Source: Negaprion brevirostris
Taxonomy: Eukaryota
Reading direction: 5' to 3'
DNA length: 64,000 bases
Assembly: GCA_030324005.1 (NCBI GenBank)
Contig: JARDVH010000143.1
Coordinates: 13,328,679 to 13,392,678, forward strand
Under the pieces are notes generated by a model. That model ran no database searches. It was not told where the DNA came from and worked only from the letters and a program-made list of their open reading frames with translations. The stretch's first letter is position 1. Every line of letters begins with the position of its first letter. The position numbers were made by a program, and so were the translations under genes. Positions 63,776 through 64,000 of the stretch are shown here, piece by piece.

Positions 63776-64000
63776 TGTCGATCTTGTCTAAAAAAAAATT
63801 CAAAGAATCAAGCTTCTGGTGGGGGAAAATGGAATTCCAGATTTGCTACCAGTATTAATGTGAAAGTGTTTCTTGATTTTACTGCAGAATGGTGTGAATT
63901 TTAAGATTCTAACATGTTGTTCTGGATTTCAACAATGAAAAAAGGTTTCTTTGAACCCTTTGTTATTTAGAGCAAGTCAATCAGTTTGCTCTTCCATTAT

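Noticed and set aside
62145-64000. First coding exon or promoter of the gene
   Set aside because: No PMCA N-terminal coding sequence or CpG island seen; intronic repeats only.

Overview
Eukaryotic, gapped draft-assembly sequence. The repeat content (HE1-like V-SINEs, CR1, L2, Rex1 and Penelope-like remnants) points to a shark or other elasmobranch (inference). The whole window lies inside one minus-strand gene for a plasma-membrane Ca2+-ATPase (PMCA, P2B-type ATPase), best assigned to ATP2B4/PMCA4. I traced 13 consecutive coding exons from 62144 down to 2522. They total 2207 nt (735 codons), with GT-AG boundaries and consistent phases; the acceptor and first 5 nt of one exon fall in an N gap. 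They include three exons the ORF track does not show in their coding frame as PMCA sequence: the TGES exon, the 36-nt splice-site-A exon GKKQGAPENRNK, and the gap-truncated exon. Both ends of the gene are outside the window, and the introns are dense with retroelements. I found no prokaryotic-type system (CRISPR etc.) and no convincing wholly new system. Best leads: a candidate extra in-frame site-A exon (44148-44189); a V-SINE subfamily whose 3' tail looks borrowed from a Rex1-type LINE; and Penelope-like hairpins with minimal hammerhead-ribozyme architecture. Repeat boundaries are approximate and read by eye.
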